Under the pieces are notes generated by a model that saw nothing but the letters and a program-made list of their open reading frames with translations, searched no databases and was not told the DNA's origin. 64,000 nt of DNA from positions 248,001 to 312,000 of the IMG/VR virus record IMGVR_UViG_3300003322_000571; one strand, 5' to 3'. This document shows positions 39,118-48,272 of the stretch, piece after piece. Position numbers and translations under genes: made by a program. Within the stretch, counting starts at the first letter, position 1. Each line of letters opens with the position of its first letter.

Positions 39118-39732
39118 TTATTGCCCGAACCAAGACAGATAGTTACCCTGAAACTTCGTAGGATCATACAGATATGGCACCTTTGCGCAAATCTGAATGC
39201 GTGCTTGATATGCGTCTCCGACGTGTACAAGCGAAGTCAGGTTGATAAAGTGCGGATCGCTTGGAAAAACGATCAGCGTCCCACGTTGCGGATTAAATCC
39301 GAAACGGTGCTGGGGGAATTCGAGTTTCCCACCATACACTTCATACTCCGAATCAAACGGAGGCTGTTCTTGATAATCATTGAGGAAAAGGACGGCAGTC
39401 AAATCGCGTTGATGAATGCGAGCCCACTTTCCTGAAACATACATTGAGTTTTCTGCCTGAGGAGCACTGCTGCTACCTTCAGGAAACCACTCAAAACGAA
39501 TTCGTTCTGTTCCTTTGTACTCCAAACCGTAGTAATGTTCGAGAGTAGGAATCAGTTGCTGTAGACGGCGATATACGATGTCTTGAGCGAGGTCGTGTGT
39601 CTTAACTGTCTTGACTTCGTCACCATCTTTGTTCTTGTCAGGCACTGTAAAATCACAAGTGTCAATCAGATCCTCGCACATCAACGGCGACATGAAATCT
39701 TCAACAACAAGAAATGGTGACTTAACCGACAT
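39118..39732 (-). CDS. 2OG-Fe(II) oxygenase-fold protein with atypical metal ligands
   Basis: LTAVLFLND...YGGKLEF...P.RGTLIVFPS is the P4H-type core, but HxD appears as QAE and the distal His as N. Confidence 0.7.
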   Translation of the reverse strand: MSVKSPFLVVEDFMSPLMCEDLIDTCDFTVPDKNKDGDEVKTVKTHDLAQDIVYRRLQQLIPTLEHYYGLEYKGTERIRFEWFPEGSSSAPQAENSMYVSGKWARIHQRDLTAVLFLNDYQEQPPFDSEYEVYGGKLEFPQHRFGFNPQRGTLIVFPSDPHFINLTSLVHVGDAYQARIQICAKVPYLYDPTKFQGNYLSWFGQ

Positions 39733-39733
39733 T

Positions 39734-40282
39734 TTAATCCTTAATTTCGTTTACTGCTAGGGTACGAAGATATGTAACTAGATCACTCAATGTTACGCCA
39801 TTTTCCACTAGCACTGCAACAGCTTCGAGTACCTTCTTGTCGTCACGAAGATGTGTCACTGCTTCTGTCACGTCTGCACTCGAATGTTCCTTCTCACTTC
39901 GAGAGGGGTCAATGATGAATCCCGCGTCCTGTAGAATATTTTGTCCGATTAGAACATGGCTATCCATACCGCTACGGTCGTTCAAATTGAATGATGCGTT
40001 GCGAATCAACTTGCCGTCAACTTCTACGTCGAGTGTGACGATTGGACGTGTAACACCACCAGCATCTGCAGAGTGAACTTCTTGAGATCCGTCGAGTGGC
40101 AATGTCAGATAGTTGTCTGACAGCATAGGACAGCGAAACCGTACTTGACCTCGCCCTTGCTGAATATCTTCAGCGTGCAGAGACGACGTTGTTGCACCTG
40201 TGTCAACTTTGCCCTCCACACCACGTCCACCAAGTGACAAGAACGTCACTTGTGCTGTGTTTCCGATTACTTTCTTGTCCAT
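39734..40282 (-). CDS. Retropepsin-like aspartic protease (RimK-associated 'ATP-dependent Zn protease' family)
   Basis: GKVDTGATTSSLHA, RPIV.LDV, FNL.DRS.M...VLIGQNIL; TAAATA at 40311-40316. Confidence 0.82.
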   Translation of the reverse strand: MDKKVIGNTAQVTFLSLGGRGVEGKVDTGATTSSLHAEDIQQGRGQVRFRCPMLSDNYLTLPLDGSQEVHSADAGGVTRPIVTLDVEVDGKLIRNASFNLNDRSGMDSHVLIGQNILQDAGFIIDPSRSEKEHSSADVTEAVTHLRDDKKVLEAVAVLVENGVTLSDLVTYLRTLAVNEIKD

Positions 40283-40950
40283 TATTTCACTCCAAATTTG
40301 CGGTGATACGTATTTATGCGCTCTAGAAGCGGACGGACGTAAGGTTCCACCGGTTGTTTGAAGATCAATGGGACGGCACCCTTCTCACTAGACATCAAGA
40401 TAACAATATTGTCAATCTTGATTCCGTACCTCTCTTCACACATCAAAGCATAAGCAGTCGTCTGAAGATAGTAGTCACCAATCTTATCAGACGACTTGTC
40501 ATTTGTAGAGGTTTTGAAGTCGATGATCGACAGCTTACCGTCGTATTCGCCGATGCAGTCAACACGACCTGCAACACGCATAACGTCACTCCACAGAGCC
40601 GTTTCTTGCGTGACAATGTTGTTGACTTTGCGTAGAGGGAGGCGAAGCTGATTGAAACCGACGATGTGTTCTGGTTTGTGCCCAGCTGTCGGCTTCGGAT
40701 CATTGTTGAGGAGGTTCTCGATCATCGCATGAATCGCTGTGCCTCGATCGGCAGCACGTTTCATTTCCTTATCAGCGCGATCCGCACCAAGCGAATTACG
40801 CCAATCAGTTAACCATGGTTTCTCTTCGGAACCTAGAATTGTCGTGATCGAAGGATACTTGTTCCCTTCCGGGGTTACATAGAAGCGACCTTTAGGTCCT
40901 TCGATCGTCTTGAGTTCTACAGGATTTACGTTATTCAGGTGTACGTACAC
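40282..40950 (-). CDS. PD-(D/E)XK (Cas4-like) exonuclease
   Basis: YPSITTIL, RGTAIH, ETALW, AGRVDCI, IIDFKTS, YYLQ..AYA. Confidence 0.88.
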   Translation of the reverse strand: MYVHLNNVNPVELKTIEGPKGRFYVTPEGNKYPSITTILGSEEKPWLTDWRNSLGADRADKEMKRAADRGTAIHAMIENLLNNDPKPTAGHKPEHIVGFNQLRLPLRKVNNIVTQETALWSDVMRVAGRVDCIGEYDGKLSIIDFKTSTNDKSSDKIGDYYLQTTAYALMCEERYGIKIDNIVILMSSEKGAVPLIFKQPVEPYVRPLLERINTYHRKFGVK

Positions 40951-40958
40951 AGCAAGCC

Positions 40959-41288
40959 TTATTGAGTCTGCGAAGCAGAACCAGGCGTTGCAGCACCGGC
41001 GCTACCCGGTGTCGTAGTTTGGTTGTTAGCTTGCATCTGCTGACCTTGTTGAGCCTGCGGATTAGCTTGTGTACCTGCCTTCTTCTGTTCTGCTTGTAGT
41101 TGTTCTTGTTTTTGAGCAAGCATTGTCTGAAGCTGCTGTTTACGAGCGAGAAGCGGCTTGTTTTGCTGTGCAATACGTGCATCCAAAGCACTGATTTGCG
41201 CTTGCAAATTCTGCACGTCTGCCGCTGTATCTTCAACCAATGGTTTATTTACAATACCCAAGTATTGCTTAAATGTCAACTTGTTCAT
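40959..41288 (-). CDS. Gln-rich small protein, probable internal head protein
   Basis: N-terminus MNKLTFKQYL...PLVED, typical of prohead-protease-processed T4-like internal proteins; coiled coil. Confidence 0.5.
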   Translation of the reverse strand: MNKLTFKQYLGIVNKPLVEDTAADVQNLQAQISALDARIAQQNKPLLARKQQLQTMLAQKQEQLQAEQKKAGTQANPQAQQGQQMQANNQTTTPGSAGAATPGSASQTQ

Positions 41289-41290
41289 GG

Positions 41291-42409
41291 TTACTTCACT
41301 CGGTTAAGGATGTAGCTCGCAATCTCGTGTGGATGAACTTTGCCACGAATAGGAGGAACTTTCTTTGGGGTGTGTTGAACGGGTGCTGACCTAACACGTG
41401 GTTGAGGCATCGGCACTTCTTCATCTTCTTGATCAACTGACAGACTACGCTTTTCAGTAACTTCAAAGTCGTCATCATTGTCGTGACCCATTTCGCTACG
41501 GAACTTGGACAACTGAGCAAGACGCTTGACTTCGCGTTCTTCTTCTTTCTTAGCCTTGTTGTACTGCTCCATGTCAAGCAGTTGTTCTTCCTGCTTTACT
41601 TTCAGGGAAGCACGGCGGGCGATCGAATCTGCTTCCTTCGTCTTAGCTTCAGCTTCACGAGCGCGGGCATCAGCTGTACGCGCTTCAGCGTCAGCCATCA
41701 TCATGTCGATTACTTTGTTGAGCAGAGACTTCGCGTCTTCATCGTCACCTGTATCGGCTGGGAGTTCCGCATCAACATCGTCCATTCCTTCCATGTCGCC
41801 TTCAGGCGGAACTTCACCGTCTGCACCTTGCAAGTCGACGTTTTCTTCTTCGTCTTCTTGAACTTCAGGCCATTGAACGTCGACGATGTCGAAACGGTCC
41901 TTCAGCTTGAACAACACTTCAGCAATTTCAGGTGGTGCTTCATCTTCTTCGACGTCAGCCAAAAATGCTTGGAGTGCTTTTTCGAAGTCTTCAGCTTGTT
42001 CGTGCTTAACGACAACACGAACAAGACCACGTTCGTCATCTTCCAAACCGAACGTGACTGTATCACGATGATCTTGCTCTTCGCGGCTTTCTAGGCCTTT
42101 CAGCTTTGCAATAACACCTGCTGTGTCAAAAGTCTTGTTACCGCCGTACGTATTACCTTGGCCTTCTCCGTCTTGCGAGAATTCGACCAGTTTAGCATAC
42201 TGTTCTTTGAGCGACTTCTTTTTTGTAGCCTTGGAAGTCTCTTCTTCGTCACCGACGAACGTTTCTTCCTTGTCGGCTTGAGGCTTTGTACGCTTTACCA
42301 GAACGGAGAAAAGCGGCATGGCCATTCCTCCAGCCATACCGCCTGCGCCTACAGCTCCGCCAGCTGCGTCTTCTTTGACAAGCGCGTTGATCTTTTTGAT
42401 TAGTTCCAT
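41291..42409 (-). CDS. Acidic coiled-coil protein, probable prohead core / internal protein
   Basis: Start moved to ATG 42409, downstream of TAAATA at 42441-42446. LVKED-AAGGAVGAGG N-terminus; highly D/E-rich. Confidence 0.5.
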   Translation of the reverse strand: MELIKKINALVKEDAAGGAVGAGGMAGGMAMPLFSVLVKRTKPQADKEETFVGDEEETSKATKKKSLKEQYAKLVEFSQDGEGQGNTYGGNKTFDTAGVIAKLKGLESREEQDHRDTVTFGLEDDERGLVRVVVKHEQAEDFEKALQAFLADVEEDEAPPEIAEVLFKLKDRFDIVDVQWPEVQEDEEENVDLQGADGEVPPEGDMEGMDDVDAELPADTGDDEDAKSLLNKVIDMMMADAEARTADARAREAEAKTKEADSIARRASLKVKQEEQLLDMEQYNKAKKEEEREVKRLAQLSKFRSEMGHDNDDDFEVTEKRSLSVDQEDEEVPMPQPRVRSAPVQHTPKKVPPIRGKVHPHEIASYILNRVK

Positions 42410-42481
42410 TGTTGTCCCAATCCTAGGTGATTTTGCTAGGTATTTATGGAACAACTACGGAAAGCAACGCGCTACGTGTGG

Positions 42482-42775
42482 TTACTTCAGTCCGGCTACC
42501 TTGAAAGTACGCCACTTCAAATCATAACTGACGCCCTGAGTATGTTCGAGCCAGTCTTCGAAGTTGAACATGCGATTGACGAACGATTCCTTGTATTCAG
42601 CGTATTCCTTATACAAAGCTGCGATTTCTTGTCGTTCAGCAGGTTCGAGTTCAGTAACATCGATCGCCTTCACGGCGTCTGTTGGTACGTATGTGGGAAT
42701 AATTACACGATCAGAAGTTTCAGACGTGCTCTTTTCATATACGACAGGCGTAACGGTTGCTTCAACTAGTTTCAT
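42482..42775 (-). CDS. Hypothetical protein
   Basis: ATG 42775 with RBS GAAGGAG; starts MKLVEAT. Confidence 0.6.
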   Translation of the reverse strand: MKLVEATVTPVVYEKSTSETSDRVIIPTYVPTDAVKAIDVTELEPAERQEIAALYKEYAEYKESFVNRMFNFEDWLEHTQGVSYDLKWRTFKVAGLK

Positions 42776-42776
42776 A

Positions 42777-43100
42777 TCACTCTCCTTCAGGAGTCTTGCT
42801 TTCATTCAGGAACTTTTCGACGTCGATTTCTGTTGGTGCCTGAGGTGCCTTAGGCAGCAAACCAAGAGCTTCTGCTGCCTTAACAGCGGCTTCGCGTTCC
42901 TTTGAGATCGTTTGGACCAGTTCGTTTTGCAAGTGCTTGAGAGCAGCTTGGACGAGCAACAGTTCAGAACTAGCATCAAACTCACGCTCACGCCATCGGT
43001 CGAAGTGAGAAATCATTGCTTTGACTTCATCACTCATCTTTTCGACTTCAAACACATTTCCGTCAATGGTAATAGTCGTAGTGGGAACTACTTTGGACAT
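42777..43100 (-). CDS. Hypothetical coiled-coil protein
   Basis: 107-aa ORF with RBS AAGGAGA. Confidence 0.6.
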   Translation of the reverse strand: MSKVVPTTTITIDGNVFEVEKMSDEVKAMISHFDRWREREFDASSELLLVQAALKHLQNELVQTISKEREAAVKAAEALGLLPKAPQAPTEIDVEKFLNESKTPEGE

Positions 43101-43133
43101 TCAAAATTCTCCTTGTTATAGTTATGTTGATGA

Positions 43134-44468
43134 TTAATCATCCATATCCATTAGATCGAGAACGGATTTAGGCCTATTCTTTCCCGCTTTAACAGCTTGG
43201 ATCTTTTGGGTGATAACTCCGTCGTCGTCAACGTCTTCATTATCCTTGTTATCTAGGTTCTCAATCAACAGCCTGTTGTTATTCCATTTAAGGTATGCCG
43301 TCTTACCCACACCGTCGCTGCTACGAGTCTTAAGGAAGACAAACCCGATTTCCCCTGCAGCCTTCATAGTTGGTGACAAAACAATCGAAACGTACCAGTC
43401 GACAGTGTTAACCTTTGTCAAACCACCTGCGATGTGCCCTTGGTTGAGTTCCTTCGCTTCGATAGCACTGCGGTTTTGCTGAGAAGCAGTAGCAATGTAC
43501 ATATTGTAGTCAAAACCAATGTCACGAAGCTGTTCTGCAGCGCGTTTATCCTTCTCGGAGATGTTATCAGCGGAAACTGATTCGTTAGATCCCATGATGT
43601 CCAGGTAGTCAACAATCAACAAGTCCGGCACAAAACCGTACTTCAGTTCAAATTCTTTGATGTACGCACGAATTTGGTTTGCTGTTGTTCCGGAGTTCAT
43701 CCGTTTAATAAACAGCTTGCCAGTCTTCTTGCCGATGTTCTTAACAGCTGTTGCGATCTCACGGTAGTTTTGCTGCCAAGCAACAGTTGGCACACCCGTG
43801 ATCATTGTGTCAAACCGTTGACCAACGAGTTCTTCAGACAGTTCAAGCGAAATGTACAAGACATTCAACCCTTGCTGCGTGAAATTCAAACCCAAGTTGG
43901 CAAGAGCAATCGATTTACCACCACCCGAATTGGCACTGAACAGAATCATTTCTGTGCGGGCAAGACCTCCGTTGAGAAGGCTATCAACATCGCGCCACAG
44001 TGTTGGTGTACGCTGTGGAGTTTCGGCCATTTTCTCAAGACGCTTGAGAGGATCGGAGAAGTAGTCAAGACCGAGGTCGCGGTTAAGCGACACAAGCATT
44101 GCGTCCTTAATCAGCGTTTCAATTCCACCGTCTTTTCCCTCTGCAAGCAGTTTGCTAGATTTGACAATCGCCTGTTCCATTGCCTTTTTGCGGCAGAACT
44201 GTTCGATTTCGTTTGAGCAATACGAAATCTGATCGCGCGTAACCTGATGTGTCTTGAGTTTGACATCAGTTTCCGCTTCGATCTGATCAGTAGACGGAGT
44301 GGTGTTGTATTTGTCGTAGTACTCGTTAATGAAGCCAACCGTCTGCCTAAATTCTGGGTTGAAGTATTCAGGCTTGACGATTGACTTACACAGAGCAAAT
44401 GTATCAGCGGACGAGATTAGATACTCGATCAGCAATTGTTGTTTTTTATCGTTGTTATTCAATTGCAA
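43134..44468 (-). CDS. 41: Replicative DNA helicase (T4 gp41 / DnaB-like)
   Basis: Walker A ANSGGGKS, YISLELSE, LIVDYLD, TASQQNRS, LKTRSS.GVG. Confidence 0.93.
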   Translation of the reverse strand: MQLNNNDKKQQLLIEYLISSADTFALCKSIVKPEYFNPEFRQTVGFINEYYDKYNTTPSTDQIEAETDVKLKTHQVTRDQISYCSNEIEQFCRKKAMEQAIVKSSKLLAEGKDGGIETLIKDAMLVSLNRDLGLDYFSDPLKRLEKMAETPQRTPTLWRDVDSLLNGGLARTEMILFSANSGGGKSIALANLGLNFTQQGLNVLYISLELSEELVGQRFDTMITGVPTVAWQQNYREIATAVKNIGKKTGKLFIKRMNSGTTANQIRAYIKEFELKYGFVPDLLIVDYLDIMGSNESVSADNISEKDKRAAEQLRDIGFDYNMYIATASQQNRSAIEAKELNQGHIAGGLTKVNTVDWYVSIVLSPTMKAAGEIGFVFLKTRSSDGVGKTAYLKWNNNRLLIENLDNKDNEDVDDDGVITQKIQAVKAGKNRPKSVLDLMDMDD

Positions 44469-44501
44469 CTCCTATTGCAAGGAGCATACGATCGAAACTG
44501 A

Positions 44502-45497
44502 TTAACCAACAACTAGAATCTGTGGATACGTTGTCTTTACTGCGGACGGGCTTACAAACCCCTTCCCGCCTGTGATATACGTCTGTGGAGACGTCTTATC
44601 AACGTAGTACGCATCGACATACCTGTCGTAGATGCGGTCGACTGAGGCGAAAGGAGATGTTCCTAGAACATAAAGCACTCGTCCTGGCGTTAATGGTTGA
44701 GTACTAATTGCACTCAAGTAGAACCCAGCTCCGTTGGGAATAATTCCCTGTGAGAAATACGGAGGTGCTAACGGAGACGTCAGTAGGTTGAAACTACGCA
44801 GTGTGTACATCTTGCCATTGATGATCGCTTTCTGAGCGTTGACCCACGGAGAGTCTACCGATACAACGTTGTCAATATTGATGTAATCGACAATCACGTC
44901 GCCTTGTGGCGACAAATAGGTGATTGTGATGCCAACGGTTGTAGAGGAATCCAATGTTGCAATTGTTACTTCACCATTATCGCTAGACAATTGCAGAACA
45001 TCGGCTGGAACGGCAGCAGGATTAATGCTGTCAGCATTCGTTGTATTCTGAGAAGCAAGTGAAATACACTGAGCTGTACCTGAATATGCTGTACGGAACG
45101 TCAGCAGTGTCGTATTCAGGTCGATAGTTTCGATCGACAACGGTTCCTCCGTTACAAGAACAGATTCTCCGTCAATCACTTTGTATACGTATGCGTGAAT
45201 TACTGGCTTGTTTGCCAGGTCGTGCTTGATCAGCCATTGGCTGTCAGCAATTGTTTGGTTGTATGTGAAGAGAACTCGTCGCTGAATCCAATCTTCAATA
45301 CCAGCAATCTCCGGCGGATTTGCTGGCGTGTTATTGATGTCACGAATCAATGTGACGCGACGAAGCTTCCCGAGGCAACCAAGGGTGATGTTGCAGTTTG
45401 GTAGAACATCGAGCCCCTGTTTATTCTCAGGCACGCGATTTCGACGGTTGCACGTATCACATTCGTATACGTGTTCACCCCTGGTTGTCGTAGCCAT
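44502..45497 (-). CDS. Hypothetical protein, probable virion structural protein with an N-terminal Cys cluster
   Basis: CDTC...C.ITLGC; FTYNQ...QWLIKHDLANKP, a motif seen in structural beta modules. Confidence 0.5.
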   Translation of the reverse strand: MATTTRGEHVYECDTCNRRNRVPENKQGLDVLPNCNITLGCLGKLRRVTLIRDINNTPANPPEIAGIEDWIQRRVLFTYNQTIADSQWLIKHDLANKPVIHAYVYKVIDGESVLVTEEPLSIETIDLNTTLLTFRTAYSGTAQCISLASQNTTNADSINPAAVPADVLQLSSDNGEVTIATLDSSTTVGITITYLSPQGDVIVDYINIDNVVSVDSPWVNAQKAIINGKMYTLRSFNLLTSPLAPPYFSQGIIPNGAGFYLSAISTQPLTPGRVLYVLGTSPFASVDRIYDRYVDAYYVDKTSPQTYITGGKGFVSPSAVKTTYPQILVVG

Positions 45498-45838
45498 TAG
45501 TTCAGTTTACCTTCCCATTCGTTCAGAGTCTGAGCGATGATGATACTAGATGTGCGTTCTTGGTATGCCTTAGCGAGTTGCTCAGGCACATCAACAGATT
45601 GACTAACAATCTGTGCGCGGAAGAATTTATGTTCGCCTTCTGGATTTGCAAGGCTATGCGGGAACAGGTCAAGTGCATATTCGCCGTTCTGACGTTGAAT
45701 CGGACGAATAACAAGTGGATGTTCCACAACGATAAAGTTAGCGTCATGTGCGACAACTTTAGCAATAAGTTCAGCGCCTCCCGGCAGGCTGAATAGAATC
45801 TGATCAGTCATGGTTTTCCTTATAGTTCTTTTTATCAC
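45497..45838 (-). CDS. Small hypothetical protein (Sm/LSm-like beta fold possible)
   Basis: L..GAELIAKV......IVVEHPLVI pattern. Confidence 0.45.
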   Translation of the reverse strand: MIKRTIRKTMTDQILFSLPGGAELIAKVVAHDANFIVVEHPLVIRPIQRQNGEYALDLFPHSLANPEGEHKFFRAQIVSQSVDVPEQLAKAYQERTSSIIIAQTLNEWEGKLN

Positions 45839-46404
45839 ACGTCGAACAGAGACGTGTAACCATTTACAGCAGTTGCTTTGACTGCATAATAGTACGGGAT
45901 TCCGTACAAAATTACTTCAGCGTGAGATTCAATTCCCTCGCGAAGGTTTGTTGAAGAATATGTGTACTTCAACATGTCAGTAACAACTTCAGATGCCTTT
46001 AGGCTGTCTCCGAAGTGTTCAAACAAAGTATCGACGACACGTCGGTAGTCGTGACTCGAATTCGTCACTTCCTTGCTATACAGGAAGTGGTATCCATTGA
46101 TCGGGAACACGTAGAACAACTCTTGTTGTGATTCTACGAGCGGGGGCTGCGTATATGTAAACACAGCCCGCTGACGAAGGTTAGTGAACTTCTCACGAAA
46201 CGCTTCGTTGAAAATCTCACCTACGACGTCATTTCGCTTTTGTTGGCGAACTTTAACCTTCTGGAAAGGAAGGTATGTCGAAGGGAGTGGCTTTAAAAGC
46301 GGCAAGCCCGCAGACTCTTTCAAGAACTGCGAGCATTCCGCTTTGATCAACGATGATTCACGAGTGCCAAAACTAGGCGTGCCAATGATGTCTTCAAATA
46401 GCAT
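45835..46404 (-). CDS. Hypothetical late protein, possibly ADP-ribosyltransferase-like fold
   Basis: TAAATA at 46425-46430; R.RAVF...FYVFPINGY.FLYS...EVIL pattern. Confidence 0.4.
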   Translation of the reverse strand: MLFEDIIGTPSFGTRESSLIKAECSQFLKESAGLPLLKPLPSTYLPFQKVKVRQQKRNDVVGEIFNEAFREKFTNLRQRAVFTYTQPPLVESQQELFYVFPINGYHFLYSKEVTNSSHDYRRVVDTLFEHFGDSLKASEVVTDMLKYTYSSTNLREGIESHAEVILYGIPYYYAVKATAVNGYTSLFDV

Positions 46405-46451
46405 GCAATACCTCTTTTCAGAGGTATTTATGGCGGACTCAATCGTTGGAT

Positions 46452-46721
46452 TTACGCCTGAGGTTGTTCACCCTGTGACAGGTCTTGAACGACTCGGTCG
46501 ATGAACTCATTGCATTCTGCAATGTTGCGTTGCAGGACGCAACGCGGACCTTGCACGACTTCGTTCAGCAGATATGCGAACTCGGTTTGCAGGACGTAGG
46601 CGTAGTTGGGGCCGTTCTTGCCGCGATGTGCACGCTCGAGACGAGCGGTTGCTTGGTTGAACGTGGAGGAGAGATAGCGGACGATCTGACCGATGTCCTT
46701 TTCGTTACGAACTTCTGCCAT
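46452..46721 (-). CDS. Hypothetical protein
   Basis: ORF with a probable start at MAEVRNE. Confidence 0.5.
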   Translation of the reverse strand: MAEVRNEKDIGQIVRYLSSTFNQATARLERAHRGKNGPNYAYVLQTEFAYLLNEVVQGPRCVLQRNIAECNEFIDRVVQDLSQGEQPQA

Positions 46722-46864
46722 AATGGTTCCTTGAGGCAGTTGATGAAATCGCTTTGTTTGTTTCAAAGCGGGCTTAACATGTAGCTCACTTTACTGATAT
46801 TCTTTTTACCTTCAACGTTGTTGACCCTACCTGTTTTTAAGACAATGTGCGTCAAGGAGCTTAC

Positions 46865-47314
46865 ATGAAACTAAGACAAATTATCGCTCATATGGATGCA
46901 GCTCATGTATACGCAGGGCTATCGTATTGTAATCGACGTAAGGTCGGTTCTGTCATCGTCAAAGATAACCGAATCATCTCTATCGGCTACAATGGTACAC
47001 CACCCGGTGCATGTAACTGCTGTGAAGGTGAGGACGGCAAAACACTACCAAATGTGATTCACGCTGAGGACAATGCGATCCGCAAGCTGAAGAATTCGCC
47101 TGAAACAGGCGTTGGTGCTACGATGTTCATCACAACAGCACCGTGTGAACCATGCGCTCAAATGATTATTGACGCTGGGATTGTTCACGTTGTTTACGAC
47201 CAAAGTTATACGAATGACCACGGTATTGTCTTCCTACGCGAACGAGGCGTAACTGTTGACAATATTACCCAATTAGTGGATAGTGCTCTCATTGATAACA
47301 AGGAACAACAATGA
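46865..47314 (+). CDS. cd: dCMP deaminase
   Basis: Start ATG 46865 (RBS AAGGAG). SYCNRRKVGSVIV, GYNGTP, HAEDNAI, APCEPCAQMI zinc motifs. Confidence 0.93.
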   Translation: MKLRQIIAHMDAAHVYAGLSYCNRRKVGSVIVKDNRIISIGYNGTPPGACNCCEGEDGKTLPNVIHAEDNAIRKLKNSPETGVGATMFITTAPCEPCAQMIIDAGIVHVVYDQSYTNDHGIVFLRERGVTVDNITQLVDSALIDNKEQQ

Positions 47315-47826
47315 CACAATTGATTTTGCCGGAACAATACGAAATCAACGTTGACTTAGACGGCGTTCTCGTTGACTTCCAAGCAAAGGCGTTCGAAATC
47401 GCTGGCTTGCGTCCGTCTGATGATCCTGCTGACAAGCAACTCCGTCGTGACTTCTGGAAGAGGATCGAAATGCATGTCCGTAAGGGCGGCTCGTTCTTCG
47501 AAGACATGAAGCCGATGGTTGATGCTTTTGTCTTGTGGGACTACATCAAGCACCGTAGTCCGACGATTTGTTCTGCGACCGGCCACGTTGTCGGTGCAGC
47601 GCAGGAAAAGCGCAACTGGGTTCGTCGCCATCTTGGCGTTGAAACCGCTAACTCTGCTCGGTTTGTTCGTGATGGCCGCATGAAGGCTCAATACGCACAT
47701 CCGCTCGCAATCCTGATCGATGACCGCAAGAAGGTTCTCGATCCGTGGATTGAAGCTGGTGGTATTGGTATTCTTCATACGTCTGCTGACCGTACGATCG
47801 CACAACTTAAGGAGATGGGTCTGTGA
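47311..47826 (+). CDS. HAD-family 5'(3')-deoxyribonucleotidase-like protein
   Basis: DLDGVLVDF, CSAT, K..WV..HL, K, LIDDR..VL.PW..AGGIGILH. Confidence 0.87.
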   Translation: MTQLILPEQYEINVDLDGVLVDFQAKAFEIAGLRPSDDPADKQLRRDFWKRIEMHVRKGGSFFEDMKPMVDAFVLWDYIKHRSPTICSATGHVVGAAQEKRNWVRRHLGVETANSARFVRDGRMKAQYAHPLAILIDDRKKVLDPWIEAGGIGILHTSADRTIAQLKEMGL

Positions 47827-48230
47827 CCTATGAAGCATTCGTCCTGACGCCCGAATCACGGGCACAAATCCTCGCTCACTACCCCCCGAAGCATCCGAAC
47901 GTCATCGCTCACCATGTGACGCATGCGTTCGGTGTCAAGGAAGGGCACAGCGTAGGCACGCTGATCAACAAGATCAAGTTGGAATACGGTCTGTTGTACA
48001 CACCGATCAAAGTGCTCGGTCATGTGTTCAACGGAGGTGTTCAGGCAGTAATTGTTGAAGTCGTCGGTGCTGAACGTCGTCCTGACGGTAAGCGCTACCA
48101 CATCACGATTTCCATTGATCAAGATCGTGGCTACAAGCCAGCCGACTCGAATAAACTGATCGCAGACGTTGGCGAGAACTTTGAACGCGAAGATCAAACG
48201 TTCGTCGCGGGTACCTTCGAGTACATTTGA
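47823..48230 (+). CDS. Small 2H phosphoesterase-like protein
   Basis: Two HxT motifs, AHHVTHAF and RYHITIS, about 70 aa apart. Confidence 0.6.
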   Translation: MTYEAFVLTPESRAQILAHYPPKHPNVIAHHVTHAFGVKEGHSVGTLINKIKLEYGLLYTPIKVLGHVFNGGVQAVIVEVVGAERRPDGKRYHITISIDQDRGYKPADSNKLIADVGENFEREDQTFVAGTFEYI

Positions 48231-48245
48231 CAGCGACAGCTAAAC

Positions 48246-48272
48246 AAAAAGCCCACCTAGGTGGGCTTTTTT
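48246..48272. terminator. Bidirectional terminator, second copy of the 26-bp palindrome
   Basis: AAAAAGCCCACCTAGGTGGGCTTTTTT between convergent genes. Confidence 0.88.

Noticed and set aside
40282-40950. Cas4 as evidence of a CRISPR-Cas system
   Set aside because: No other cas genes and no repeat-spacer array were seen; stand-alone Cas4-like exonucleases are routine in T4-like phages.
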